Shown here: positions 40,499 to 49,800 of the stretch, piece by piece
Layout of the letters: each line of letters opens with the position of its first letter
Position numbering within the stretch: position 1 is the stretch's first letter
NCBI GenBank assembly: GCA_965206745.1
Contig: OZ242220.1
Location: 224,001 to 288,000 of the forward strand
Source: Nitrosopumilus sp.
GTDB lineage: Archaea > Thermoproteota > Nitrososphaeria > Nitrososphaerales > Nitrosopumilaceae
Length of the DNA: 64,000 nucleotides
Direction: 5' to 3'
The notes under the pieces: generated by a model
Seen by the model: only the letters and a program-made list of their open reading frames with translations
The model's database searches: none
Told to the model about the DNA's origin: nothing
Program-made: the position numbers and the translations under genes

Positions 40499-41365
40499 TT
40501 GATGTACAAACTTGGTGTTGATTTGGGCGGCACAAAGACCGAAGCTGTTCTTTTAGATGAAAACTCTAATGTCATTGAAAGAAAACGAATCCCGACACCT
40601 CAAAATGACTATCAAAAAATTCTGGACTCTATCTCATCGCTTGTATTGGAGATATCCAAAGATATCTCTGATTTTTCATTGGGAATCTGCACGCCTGGTG
40701 CAATCTCCAAACAGACAGGACTGATCAAAAACAGCAATACGCGGTGCTTGATTGGAGAATCTCTAAGGGAGGACCTGGAGGAGAAGCTAGGGAAAAAAGT
40801 TTCCATGGAAAATGATGCCAACTGTTTTGCCATGGCTGAGGCGACATTGGGCGCTGCTGCCAGCTTTGATTTGGTATTTGGCGTCATACTTGGCACCGGC
40901 GTGGGTGGCGGGATAGTGATTAATAAAAAGCTCCATCAGGGAAGAACCAACATTGGTGGTGAATGGGGACACCATACGTTGCATCGGGATGGGAACTTGT
41001 GCTACTGTGGCAAAACCGGATGCGTAGAGACATACATCAGTGGCCCCTCCCTTGAAGGTCAGTGGACCAGACTGACAGGAAGGTCCCTGTCACTCCCGGA
41101 AATCCTCGATGATCTTCACAGTGTGGAGGGAAGAAGATGGAAGGATGAATTTCTGGAGAACTTTGGGTATGGTCTTGCAAACGTCATTGACATACTGGAT
41201 CCGGATGCAATTGTTCTCGGTGGCGGTCTGTCAAACATTGACTTTCTATACACAGAGGGAAAGGAATCTGTCTACAGTAAAGTATTTTCAGACTCTGTTG
41301 ATACGCCCATCTTGAAAAACAAGCTCGGGGATTCTGCGGGCGTTTTTGGCGCATGCATGCTCTAG
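40499..41365 (+). CDS. ROK family sugar kinase
   Basis: DLGGTK, ENDANC, GTGVGGG, GEWGH, CYCG..GC.E. Confidence 0.92.
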   Translation: MMYKLGVDLGGTKTEAVLLDENSNVIERKRIPTPQNDYQKILDSISSLVLEISKDISDFSLGICTPGAISKQTGLIKNSNTRCLIGESLREDLEEKLGKKVSMENDANCFAMAEATLGAAASFDLVFGVILGTGVGGGIVINKKLHQGRTNIGGEWGHHTLHRDGNLCYCGKTGCVETYISGPSLEGQWTRLTGRSLSLPEILDDLHSVEGRRWKDEFLENFGYGLANVIDILDPDAIVLGGGLSNIDFLYTEGKESVYSKVFSDSVDTPILKNKLGDSAGVFGACML

Positions 41366-41631
41366 TTCGGACACCCTTCCATTCTTGAAATGTAATACCC
41401 GTCAGTCATAATCTCGACCTCCATCTCCTCGGGAACTGACTGTGTGTGACAGAACTTGCACTCATTTGCAGTTATTGCCGATGTCTCCTCCCCGATTGAT
41501 TTTAGCCATTCCTTGGCAAATGAGACTGCCTTTGCTGTGTCCCTTGTGTCTGTAACGACATCAAAGTGCATCGTGTGGCCGTCCTTGGCCTTTACGTATG
41601 TGTCAAAGACATGAAAATCCATACTCATCAC
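41362..41631 (-). CDS. DUF2024-like protein
   Basis: HVFDTYV..DG..MHFDV, CKFCH. Confidence 0.75.
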   Translation of the reverse strand: MMSMDFHVFDTYVKAKDGHTMHFDVVTDTRDTAKAVSFAKEWLKSIGEETSAITANECKFCHTQSVPEEMEVEIMTDGYYISRMEGCPN

Positions 41632-41993
41632 AAGGAGTGCCTGCTTTTAATCGCCAGAATCTTTTCCACAACCACAGTTATCTCCGCATCCAGCTCAATG
41701 CTGATCAAGATTAGTCCCGCACCGCCGATTGGAATGGTTGCCCGAAAAATCTTCTCGTACTTTGCAAGTGCGTAAATCGGCTTTCCAATCTTGTCTGCAG
41801 TCTTTTTGCGTGTGGACCAGCGGTATACAGCCTGCGATAAGGACATCTCTGTCTCCTCTCTTGACAAGTGGCTTTTCAATCCTGGCCGCATCTTGTCATG
41901 CAGTTCCCCGAAATCATAGATTCCCACATATCTGATGCCCTTGTCGCATTCCATAATTTCATCACAAATTTTTTCATATTCCAATTTCATCAC
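41628..41993 (-). CDS. Thaumarchaeal roadblock-like hypothetical protein
   Basis: IRYVG, IGKPIY..AKYEK pattern. Confidence 0.7.
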   Translation of the reverse strand: MMKLEYEKICDEIMECDKGIRYVGIYDFGELHDKMRPGLKSHLSREETEMSLSQAVYRWSTRKKTADKIGKPIYALAKYEKIFRATIPIGGAGLILISIELDAEITVVVEKILAIKSRHSL

Positions 41994-43516
41994 TACTGTG
42001 GTTCAATGGTCGCTGGCGGCTTGCTTGAAATGGTGTATGTAACCCAAGTAACGTCTTCAATCTCATTTGTAATTCTGTTGCTCATCTTTTCTAATAATTC
42101 ATGCGGTAGTCTTGTCCAGTCTGCAGTCATTGCATCCACAGAGTCCACGACCCTGATCATGACTATATTTCCATACCTTCGTTCATCCCCTACGACTCCA
42201 ACTGCCCTGTCATCACCTACTGCGGCATATGCCTGCCATACCTTCTCATACAGGCCTGCCTCCATCAGCTCCTCCTCGACGATCTTGCTTGCCACCTTGC
42301 AAATCTCCAGCTTTGTCGGGGTGACTTTGCCGATTATCCTCACTGACAATCCTGGACCCGGAAATGGATGTCTCATGAAAAGCTTTTCTGGAACCTGGAG
42401 AATTTTTGCAATCTTTCTTACCTCGTCCTTGTACAAGTCCCTTAGCGGTTCCAAGACTTCCAGATTGAGCCAGTCAGGCAGTCCTCCTACGTTGTGGTGG
42501 GATTTGATCACTGCGGCAGGACCCTTTGATACCCCGCTCTCAATCACATCCGGGTATAGCGTGCCCTGGGCCAGCCATTTGAAAGGGCCGTTGCCTTTGG
42601 CAAAGTCGGTGAAAACCTGGACGAATTGCTCACCTACGATCATTCTTTTCTTCTCGGGATCCTCCACCCCCTCTAGCTTTTCAAGAAACTGCCCTGATGC
42701 ATCAACTGAGGTGAAATCCACATCAAAGTTATCTGCAAACATAGCCTGAATCTCTTTCTCCTCGTCTAGTCGCAGCAATCCGTTGTTTACAAAAACACAC
42801 TTTAGTCTGTCACCTATTGCCCTGTGAATCAACAGTGCAACGACAGTCGAGTCTATGCCCCCGCTTACGCCGCAAAGTACGTTTCCCTGAATCCCTGAGA
42901 TCTTTTTGACTGCCGTATCGATAAAGCCCTCCATGGTCCAGTCCTGCTTTGCACCACATACTTTTAAAACAAAATTCTTCAAAATCTCTGTACCCTGCTC
43001 GGTATGTACCACTTCGGGATGAAACTGAATGCCGTAGACTGGTTTTTCCTCTGATGCAATAGCGGCAGCTCTTGCACCGTCTGTATGCCCGATAACCTTG
43101 AAGCCTTTTGGAATCTCTTCAGCTTCATCGCCGTGACTCATCCATGCCCTGATTGACTTGCCGACCCCGCCTAAAAGATCTCTGTCACTGTCAATTCTCA
43201 GTAGTGATGAGCCGTATTCCTTGTTTGCCCTTTTGATCTTTCCCCCATACCTGTCAACAATCAGCTGGTGCCCATAACAGATTCCAAGCAGTGGCAGATT
43301 CATATCGAAAATCTCATCTGCCGGAATCGGGGCATCTTGACTGTAGACGCTTGACGGACCGCCTGAAAAAATTATTCCTGTGGGGTTTAGTTTTTGCAGT
43401 TCCTCATAACTAATGTCATACGGGACAAGCTCCGCATAAACAGAAAACTCCCTAATTCTTCTACAAATTAGATGGCTGTACTGTGACCCAAAGTCTAAAA
43501 CTACGATCCTGTCCAT
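41993..43516 (-). CDS. guaA: GMP synthase (glutamine-hydrolysing)
   Basis: DFGSQY, GICYG, QFHPEV, SGGIDS, IKSHHNVGG, KPPATIE. Confidence 0.97.
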   Translation of the reverse strand: MDRIVVLDFGSQYSHLICRRIREFSVYAELVPYDISYEELQKLNPTGIIFSGGPSSVYSQDAPIPADEIFDMNLPLLGICYGHQLIVDRYGGKIKRANKEYGSSLLRIDSDRDLLGGVGKSIRAWMSHGDEAEEIPKGFKVIGHTDGARAAAIASEEKPVYGIQFHPEVVHTEQGTEILKNFVLKVCGAKQDWTMEGFIDTAVKKISGIQGNVLCGVSGGIDSTVVALLIHRAIGDRLKCVFVNNGLLRLDEEKEIQAMFADNFDVDFTSVDASGQFLEKLEGVEDPEKKRMIVGEQFVQVFTDFAKGNGPFKWLAQGTLYPDVIESGVSKGPAAVIKSHHNVGGLPDWLNLEVLEPLRDLYKDEVRKIAKILQVPEKLFMRHPFPGPGLSVRIIGKVTPTKLEICKVASKIVEEELMEAGLYEKVWQAYAAVGDDRAVGVVGDERRYGNIVMIRVVDSVDAMTADWTRLPHELLEKMSNRITNEIEDVTWVTYTISSKPPATIEPQ

Positions 43517-43520
43517 ATCA

Positions 43521-44099
43521 TCACTTGCTTATGTTCTCAAGCATCCTGGTCAGTGACCATCCTGCAGTGTTGATTAACTCGTTGACCCGCTCCTTCTGCC
43601 TGTAATTCTTGATTATAATCTCTCTGAGGTCTGCACCGTTCTTGTTTATGACGTATTGGATGACTGATTCCTGCTGGATCCTTCCGCTTTCTGCCTCTGC
43701 AACATCCTTCTTTCTCATCTCCCCGATTATCCTATCTAAAAAGAACGATTTGAAAGGTGGCGTGTCTGCATCAACTGCAATCGCATTATCTAAAACTATG
43801 GAGACCTGATCTGGCGTGACAAATGCATTGGCAATGACCTTGCCATCATTTGCCCTTTTAATCGGGATTGAATCCTTCACTGGCTCCTTTACTTTCTCCG
43901 GTTCTTCTACTTTCTCCAGCTCTGGCTTTTTTATTCCCATCTGGGATGCTTTTGTAAAACTAGAATCCTTCAAGAACAAATCCAGTACTGCAATGTTCTT
44001 CTCAAGTGTCTCTATTCCCTCCTGATGTCTGTCAATCTGCTCCATCAAGCTCTCCTTTAAGGCAACAATCTCTTTTACCTGCTCCTCTGAGAACTTCAT
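43521..44099 (-). CDS. Conserved hypothetical protein
   Basis: 192 aa, in operon with guaA. Confidence 0.75.
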   Translation of the reverse strand: MKFSEEQVKEIVALKESLMEQIDRHQEGIETLEKNIAVLDLFLKDSSFTKASQMGIKKPELEKVEEPEKVKEPVKDSIPIKRANDGKVIANAFVTPDQVSIVLDNAIAVDADTPPFKSFFLDRIIGEMRKKDVAEAESGRIQQESVIQYVINKNGADLREIIIKNYRQKERVNELINTAGWSLTRMLENISK

Positions 44100-44134
44100 A
44101 ATTTGGTAAACGTGGAATGGGTATTAAATGCATT

Positions 44135-44881
44135 CTAGGTAATTATAATATCAAGTTCCTTGTATGATACTTTTCTGAATCCTTCAATCGGCCTTGACGT
44201 GGTAAATAGTTCCGCCTTTGCAAAAGTAGACAGCCATCCCAAAAGGGACTCGGCTTTTTTTAGCTTCATCAGTTTTAATTTCCTGTCCCGTCCCTCTGTA
44301 TTTGAAAATCTTCCCACCCTTGTCCCAAAATCCATTCCGAACAAAATAATCTTCTTTGCTTCAAAGTGATCCGCTAGAAAGACACTCCTGTCCCCGTCTG
44401 TAAAGCCACCAAAGTTTTGTACTTTGCCAATCGGTGAGGACTGTGTTGTTCCGATGCAGTTCTTGAACTTTCTTGCCATATCCAACCTTTCCAAGTTATC
44501 CCCGTGCGCATGAACGACAAGAACGGATTTGGTTCTTCCAATCTTTTCAAGTGTTTCCCCATCCCCGTCCAGATCAGTCACAACGATATCTGGCATGATG
44601 CCGTTTTCTACCAGCAGCTTTACTGAACTGTCTGCGGCAATCTTGACTATGTTCTTGTAGTCTTTTAATTTTATAATCGCCGATGACAATGACGGACCTG
44701 AGCCAATCACAAAGACGCTTCTTCCTTTGACCAGCTCTGCAATCTTTTTGCCTGCATCGGTTTTTCTTAAAATCAAGTTCAGGGCAATGGTTGATTCCTG
44801 GTCCCTCCTACCGTCATACTTGAACTCTTTTAAAATTTCAAGATATCTCTTTTTCCAACCCCGAATCATCATATAATTCAA
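44135..44881 (-). CDS. mptE: 6-hydroxymethyl-7,8-dihydropterin pyrophosphokinase (archaeal)
   Basis: GSGPSL, VTDLDG, HAHGDN, FGGFTDGDR, GMDF. Divergent from folP. Confidence 0.88.
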   Translation of the reverse strand: MNYMMIRGWKKRYLEILKEFKYDGRRDQESTIALNLILRKTDAGKKIAELVKGRSVFVIGSGPSLSSAIIKLKDYKNIVKIAADSSVKLLVENGIMPDIVVTDLDGDGETLEKIGRTKSVLVVHAHGDNLERLDMARKFKNCIGTTQSSPIGKVQNFGGFTDGDRSVFLADHFEAKKIILFGMDFGTRVGRFSNTEGRDRKLKLMKLKKAESLLGWLSTFAKAELFTTSRPIEGFRKVSYKELDIIIT

Positions 44882-44893
44882 ATTGCTTTAGAT

Positions 44894-45769
44894 TTGATAA
44901 ACCATGTGGCAAAAATCGGCAATGTTGGCGTGGGCAGAAAGAATCCTGTGCGGATAATGGGCATTCTCAATGCCAGTCCTGAATCATTTTACAAAAAGTC
45001 TGTCAGTACCGGCAAGGCGTCCATAAAGGATGCCGCCAGGCGGATCGAGGATCAAGGCGCGGACTTTGTCGATGTAGGAGGAATGTCCACTGCACCGTAC
45101 CTCTCCACAATGGTTTCAGAAAAGACAGAGTCAAAAAGGATTCTAGGTACAGTCAAAATAATTCAAAACTTTACAAACCTTCCAATATCAGTTGACACCT
45201 GCAGGGCCAAAGTCGCACAGGATGCTCTAGAGTGTGGAGTTGAGATAGTCAACGATGTTTCTGGATTAAAGTATGATGAAAGGATGCCACAAGTGATCTC
45301 CAAATATCTTCCATCCCTGATTCTGTGTGCGTATAGTCCAAAACCTGTCGGTGGGGATCTGAGAACAACCAAAAACCTGCTTGAGGACAGCCTAAAAATT
45401 GCCAAGGAATCGCACGTTCCTATCCAAAAGATTGCACTGGATCCTGCCATCGGGTTTTTTAGAAAGACTGGAAGGGGGCCATTTTTTACAAGAATCAAGT
45501 CAGATTGGCTCAAAAGAGATCTATCCATATTGCAAAATCTGGAATCTCTCAAGCAAAACTGCCCCCTCCTGATCTCCGTCTCAAACAAATCGTTCATAGG
45601 GAAAATTTTGGGAAGGGAGAGCCCCGATGATCGGCTCTTTGGCTCCATCTCTGCGGAGGTGGTGTCTGCAATGAACGGAGCTGACATCATTCGTACCCAC
45701 AACATAGGGGCAACCAAAGATGCAATAATGATCGCCTCCAGATTATCAAGACGACACAAAGGCTTATAA
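44894..45769 (+). CDS. folP: Dihydropteroate synthase
   Basis: IMGILNASPESF, DVGGMST, SVDT, NDVSG, SNKSF, IRTH. Confidence 0.92.
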   Translation: MINHVAKIGNVGVGRKNPVRIMGILNASPESFYKKSVSTGKASIKDAARRIEDQGADFVDVGGMSTAPYLSTMVSEKTESKRILGTVKIIQNFTNLPISVDTCRAKVAQDALECGVEIVNDVSGLKYDERMPQVISKYLPSLILCAYSPKPVGGDLRTTKNLLEDSLKIAKESHVPIQKIALDPAIGFFRKTGRGPFFTRIKSDWLKRDLSILQNLESLKQNCPLLISVSNKSFIGKILGRESPDDRLFGSISAEVVSAMNGADIIRTHNIGATKDAIMIASRLSRRHKGL

Positions 45770-45799
45770 TCGATATTTTACTTTCTTAACAAGGTTTCA

Positions 45800-47230
45800 T
45801 TGGAATTCAAAGAAGGATTAACATTTGACGACGTTCTTCTTGTACCCAAATACTCTGATATTACTAGTAGGAGCCAGACGGATCTAACCACAAAACTATC
45901 CCGAAACATTACAATTAACATCCCTTTTGTGAGTGCAAACATGGACACGGTGACAGAATCTACCATGGCCGGTGCCATGGCTCGGGCTGGAGGGATTGGA
46001 ATCATTCATCGGTTTTTGACCATAAAGGAGCAGGCAAATGAGGTTCTCAAGGTAAAACGATCCGGCAGCGTAATGATCGAAAACCCCTACTCCATCTCCC
46101 CTGAGAAATCCATTGAGGATGCTTTTGATTATGCACAGGATAGGGGAATTTCAGGTCTCCTAGTTGTTGATTCCAGTTCCAAGCTGATTGGAATTGTGAC
46201 TGAAAGGGATCTGCTATTTGCAAACAAGAATAGCAAAATCCAGGATGTAATGACAAAAGATGTCGTAACTGCAAAGCTTGGTGTGACACTGGACGAGTCT
46301 AAGGAAATCCTGCACAAGCACAGAATTGAGAAATTGCCAATCGTTGATGACTCGGGAGTCATCAAGGGTTTGATTACAAGCAAGGATATCACCAATAATG
46401 CCGATTTTCCAAACGCGTCCAAAGATAAGAAAGGAAGGCCGCTAGCTGGTGCTGCAGTCGGAGTGAAAGGCGACTTTTTAGAAAGAAGCGAGTCCCTCTT
46501 GGAGGCAGGTGCAGATGTACTTGTAGTTGACATTGCCCATGGACACAGTGAGAATGCAATTAGCGCAGTGAGAAACATCAAGAAAGCGTTTCCTGACTGT
46601 GAGCTGATTGCAGGAAACATTGCAACTGCCCGTGGTGCAGAGGATTTGATCAGGGCAGGTGTGGATGCAGTAAAGGTGGGCGTAGGCTCTGGTTCAATCT
46701 GCATTACCAGGGTGATCACGGGCTCTGGCGTTCCGCAGCTAACTGCGGTGATGGACTGTGCCAAGGTTGGAAAGGATCACGGCATTCCGATCATCTCTGA
46801 TGGCGGGACTCGAACCTCAGGCGATGCAACCAAGGCATTGGCTTCTGGCGCCTCAACGGTAATGGTTGGCAGCATGCTTGGCGGAACTGATGAGTCGCCT
46901 GGCACGGTGCTGACCAAAAATGGGAAACGGTTCAAGGTTTACCGCGGAATGGCATCGCTTGCTGCATCCATAGGAAGAAAATCAAAGGAGACCGGCTCAA
47001 TGTCACTTGATGATGATCTCAACGACTATGTTGCAGAAGGCGTAGAGGCGATGGTTCCATACAAGGGAACCGTGACTGATATTCTAAAACAGCTGACCGG
47101 CGGAGTGCGCTCCGGACTAAGCTACTGTGGCGCCCATACCATACCTCAGATGCAGGAAAATGCGGAATTTATCAAAATGTCAAGGGCTGGATTTGCAGAG
47201 AGTCAGCCACATGATGTCTCCCTGATGTAG
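45800..47230 (+). CDS. guaB: IMP dehydrogenase
   Basis: [13 protein letters not shown] pair, [14 protein letters not shown]. Confidence 0.97.
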   Translation: MEFKEGLTFDDVLLVPKYSDITSRSQTDLTTKLSRNITINIPFVSANMDTVTESTMAGAMARAGGIGIIHRFLTIKEQANEVLKVKRSGSVMIENPYSISPEKSIEDAFDYAQDRGISGLLVVDSSSKLIGIVTERDLLFANKNSKIQDVMTKDVVTAKLGVTLDESKEILHKHRIEKLPIVDDSGVIKGLITSKDITNNADFPNASKDKKGRPLAGAAVGVKGDFLERSESLLEAGADVLVVDIAHGHSENAISAVRNIKKAFPDCELIAGNIATARGAEDLIRAGVDAVKVGVGSGSICITRVITGSGVPQLTAVMDCAKVGKDHGIPIISDGGTRTSGDATKALASGASTVMVGSMLGGTDESPGTVLTKNGKRFKVYRGMASLAASIGRKSKETGSMSLDDDLNDYVAEGVEAMVPYKGTVTDILKQLTGGVRSGLSYCGAHTIPQMQENAEFIKMSRAGFAESQPHDVSLM

Positions 47231-47384
47231 GTCTGACTGGCAAGGGTTCATGAGGACAGGGGAGAATTTTTGATCGGCACTATGCTGAAAGTATCCAAAC
47301 CATGCAGTTCGGTGATACTGCCAGTCATCTGAGTGGCGCAGGTTTTAGAAATATTGAATTAGAACTTGGCAACCAACTGTACTT

Positions 47385-47939
47385 ATGAAGAGATGTGACT
47401 GGGCATTTGATGATATAAACACCAAATATCATGATGCGGAATGGGGAGTGCCACTGCACAATGATCGAAAGCTCTTTGAATTCCTGATTCTTGATTCGAT
47501 GCAATCAGGCCTGTCTTGGAAAATTATTCTCAGAAAAAGAGACTCTTTCAGAAAGGCATTTGATAACTTTGACCCAAAAAAGATCTCAAACTACACGGAA
47601 AGGGACATCAAAAGGCTTCTTGCAGATGATGGGATAATACGAAATAGAAGAAAGATAGAGTCGGCAATCAACAATGCGGGAAAATTCCTTGAAATAAAAA
47701 AAGAGTTTAAGACATTTGATCATTATGTCTGGTCGTTTGTAAACTACAAGACTAGGAAAAACCGCTTTAGGCAGTGGTCAGAAATCCCCGCAATCACCAA
47801 GGAATCTGAAATCATGAGCAGGGAGATGAAGAAGAGAGGCTTTACTTTTGTGGGTCCTACCGTATGTTATGCGTTCATGCAGACAGTTGGAATGGTAAAT
47901 GATCATGTGATGGGATGTTTTAGAAGAAACAAGCTATAG
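47385..47939 (+). CDS. tag: DNA-3-methyladenine glycosylase I
   Basis: RCDW, YHDAEWG, QSGLSW, IIRNRRKI, FVGPT, GMVNDH...C. Confidence 0.93.
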   Translation: MKRCDWAFDDINTKYHDAEWGVPLHNDRKLFEFLILDSMQSGLSWKIILRKRDSFRKAFDNFDPKKISNYTERDIKRLLADDGIIRNRRKIESAINNAGKFLEIKKEFKTFDHYVWSFVNYKTRKNRFRQWSEIPAITKESEIMSREMKKRGFTFVGPTVCYAFMQTVGMVNDHVMGCFRRNKL

Positions 47940-48183
47940 TTATCGTTCGCTGGGCATCATTGAAAAGCATGGTTGGAGAATGCGAAAAAGAGTGTAGTAA
48001 AGGTGGACCCCTGTAAATGAGAACACTTGGATGTGACTGTCCCTTTTTTGGTCTTTGCAGGCTCAATCCGAACCTATTCTTATGATGGATTCTGGGATTT
48101 GCTTGTGATTTACTGGCACGCCAAGCTGGATATTTTTATCCTGTTGATTAGATTGTGAGGACAGGTGACCTCATACGAACTTT

Positions 48184-48224
48184 GCTTCGTCTTGCTTTAA
48201 TACTATAGATCTTACAAATTTGCA
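48184..48224 (+). promoter_or_regulatory. Family promoter, copy D
   Basis: GCTTCG-N6-TTTAATA, 29 nt before the TTG start. Confidence 0.65.
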
Positions 48225-49457
48225 TTGGCTGGAAATGCAATGCTGGTACTCTTTGCAGTGCTATTTGTAGGAATGATGATTATTCCAGCATATGCCGAAT
48301 CATCGCCACGGGAACAACTCAAAGACGGCATTCCAATAAACCAGATTCAGTGCAGTGAGAAAAAGACCCTCATACAGTCACCTGTAGGCAAGCCTGCATG
48401 TGTCTTTGATCCCACTTTGGAAAGACTCCTTGTGCGGGGATGGAGCATCATACAAGTCGAGTCAACCCCTGAACCTCAAGGAATATCCGACATTACAGAA
48501 CCACTTGAGAAACCAGCAGAACCACTTGACACACCGCAGATAAAATCTCCCGCAGAATCTTCCCCTGAAAACGGCATCATGTATTTAGAATCTGACGGTA
48601 GCAGAACCCTAAAATATGCTCCACAATTGCCAGATCCTGATGCAATGTGGTTTCCCATGTCCCTTGCTGATGCCGAAATTATAATGCAGCGCATGGTCAA
48701 AGCCAATGATGATAAAATAATATTCATGAATCTACCTACATCATCTCTTCCATGCCTTACTTCTGGCCAATGCCGCATTCCTGAGGAAGGCATCAATATG
48801 CTTCGACCTTCCCTGGAAAATACTGAAATTTATGTATATTATACAGAAAAAGGCGGCACATTTGAACTGATAAAGGAAGACACGAATCCTGATACAAGTT
48901 TTGATATTGGTGCACCATATGCCGTAGGCGCGATAGTATACCACCTGCCAGAATACATATCCTATGATCAGCGAGAAGCGTTTATCACCTCATTTATGGA
49001 CAAATCTGGATTTTATAATTCTGACATATCCAATTCCTTTAAAGGCGCTGTTGTCTATGGAGGAATACAAATAGTATATGTCGATGATTGGATAGGAATC
49101 GATAACCAACCTTCTACAAGAATAAGCTTTTCTGGCTGGACAAACAATGCAGAATCACTTTATTCTTCAGCCCTAAGTGGGGCAGAACTTGAGAGGCGTG
49201 CACACGAATTTGCAAAAAAGCGTATACATCTAATTGCCCCAGAACTTTGTGAATCATTTATGCCATTTTCTCTAGGGGCCCATGGAGGGATTGAATTTGT
49301 ATATGGAGGCATTGGGTTTTACACCATAAAAGCAGGTACTTGTATTGGAACTAATGGCTATTGGAATCCCGTACTGGTGGATATAGAAGTACAGGAAGGA
49401 GAGATCGCCTTTTTTCAACATCCATGGATGCTATCTGAAAACTGGTATGAAAATTGA
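48225..49457 (+). CDS. Paralogue D, truncated: lacks linker and MORN repeats
   Basis: Same N-terminus and core. An A6-to-A4 frameshift gives the stop. Homology ends near 49479. Confidence 0.8.
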   Translation: MAGNAMLVLFAVLFVGMMIIPAYAESSPREQLKDGIPINQIQCSEKKTLIQSPVGKPACVFDPTLERLLVRGWSIIQVESTPEPQGISDITEPLEKPAEPLDTPQIKSPAESSPENGIMYLESDGSRTLKYAPQLPDPDAMWFPMSLADAEIIMQRMVKANDDKIIFMNLPTSSLPCLTSGQCRIPEEGINMLRPSLENTEIYVYYTEKGGTFELIKEDTNPDTSFDIGAPYAVGAIVYHLPEYISYDQREAFITSFMDKSGFYNSDISNSFKGAVVYGGIQIVYVDDWIGIDNQPSTRISFSGWTNNAESLYSSALSGAELERRAHEFAKKRIHLIAPELCESFMPFSLGAHGGIEFVYGGIGFYTIKAGTCIGTNGYWNPVLVDIEVQEGEIAFFQHPWMLSENWYEN

Positions 49458-49627
49458 TATTCTAGAATGTGTCTTGACCGGAGCCAGTGAAACCTCTACT
49501 CAACTTAACAGAGTAATCAGATATTGTTGCATGGCAAACAATAAACAAATAGATCTTAATGGTACAGTTTCAATTGATTTGTCTGATGTGATCGAAAAAG
49601 AATTAAAAAGTAAATTTAAGTCGTGTA

Positions 49628-49680
49628 TCCGTACCCACATCAGCCCCTGATTTCCCATCACAGATGGTCCAGAGGGTTCG
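49628..49680. repeat. 53-bp structured non-coding element, copy 2
   Basis: 52/53 identical to 18632-18684. Confidence 0.8.
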
Positions 49681-49800
49681 CTTACGAAGCCACTAAACAT
49701 ACTATGTCGAGGTGTCTTTATAATATTGTCTGTTTGTAATGTTTAAACTAAAAATTAACCATTGCATATTTCGAAGAGGCCAATTAGTGTTAATTTAGTA

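Noticed and set aside
41868-42749. Long antisense ORFs (293 aa opposite guaA; also opposite guaB, folP, cobS)
   Set aside because: Shadow frames of well-conserved genes with no independent motifs.
47234-48165. 9-bp inverted repeat (47234/47319) and 10-bp direct repeat TGAGGACAGG (47251/48156) around tag
   Set aside because: Short enough to arise by chance. No consistent element ends or target duplication could be defined.
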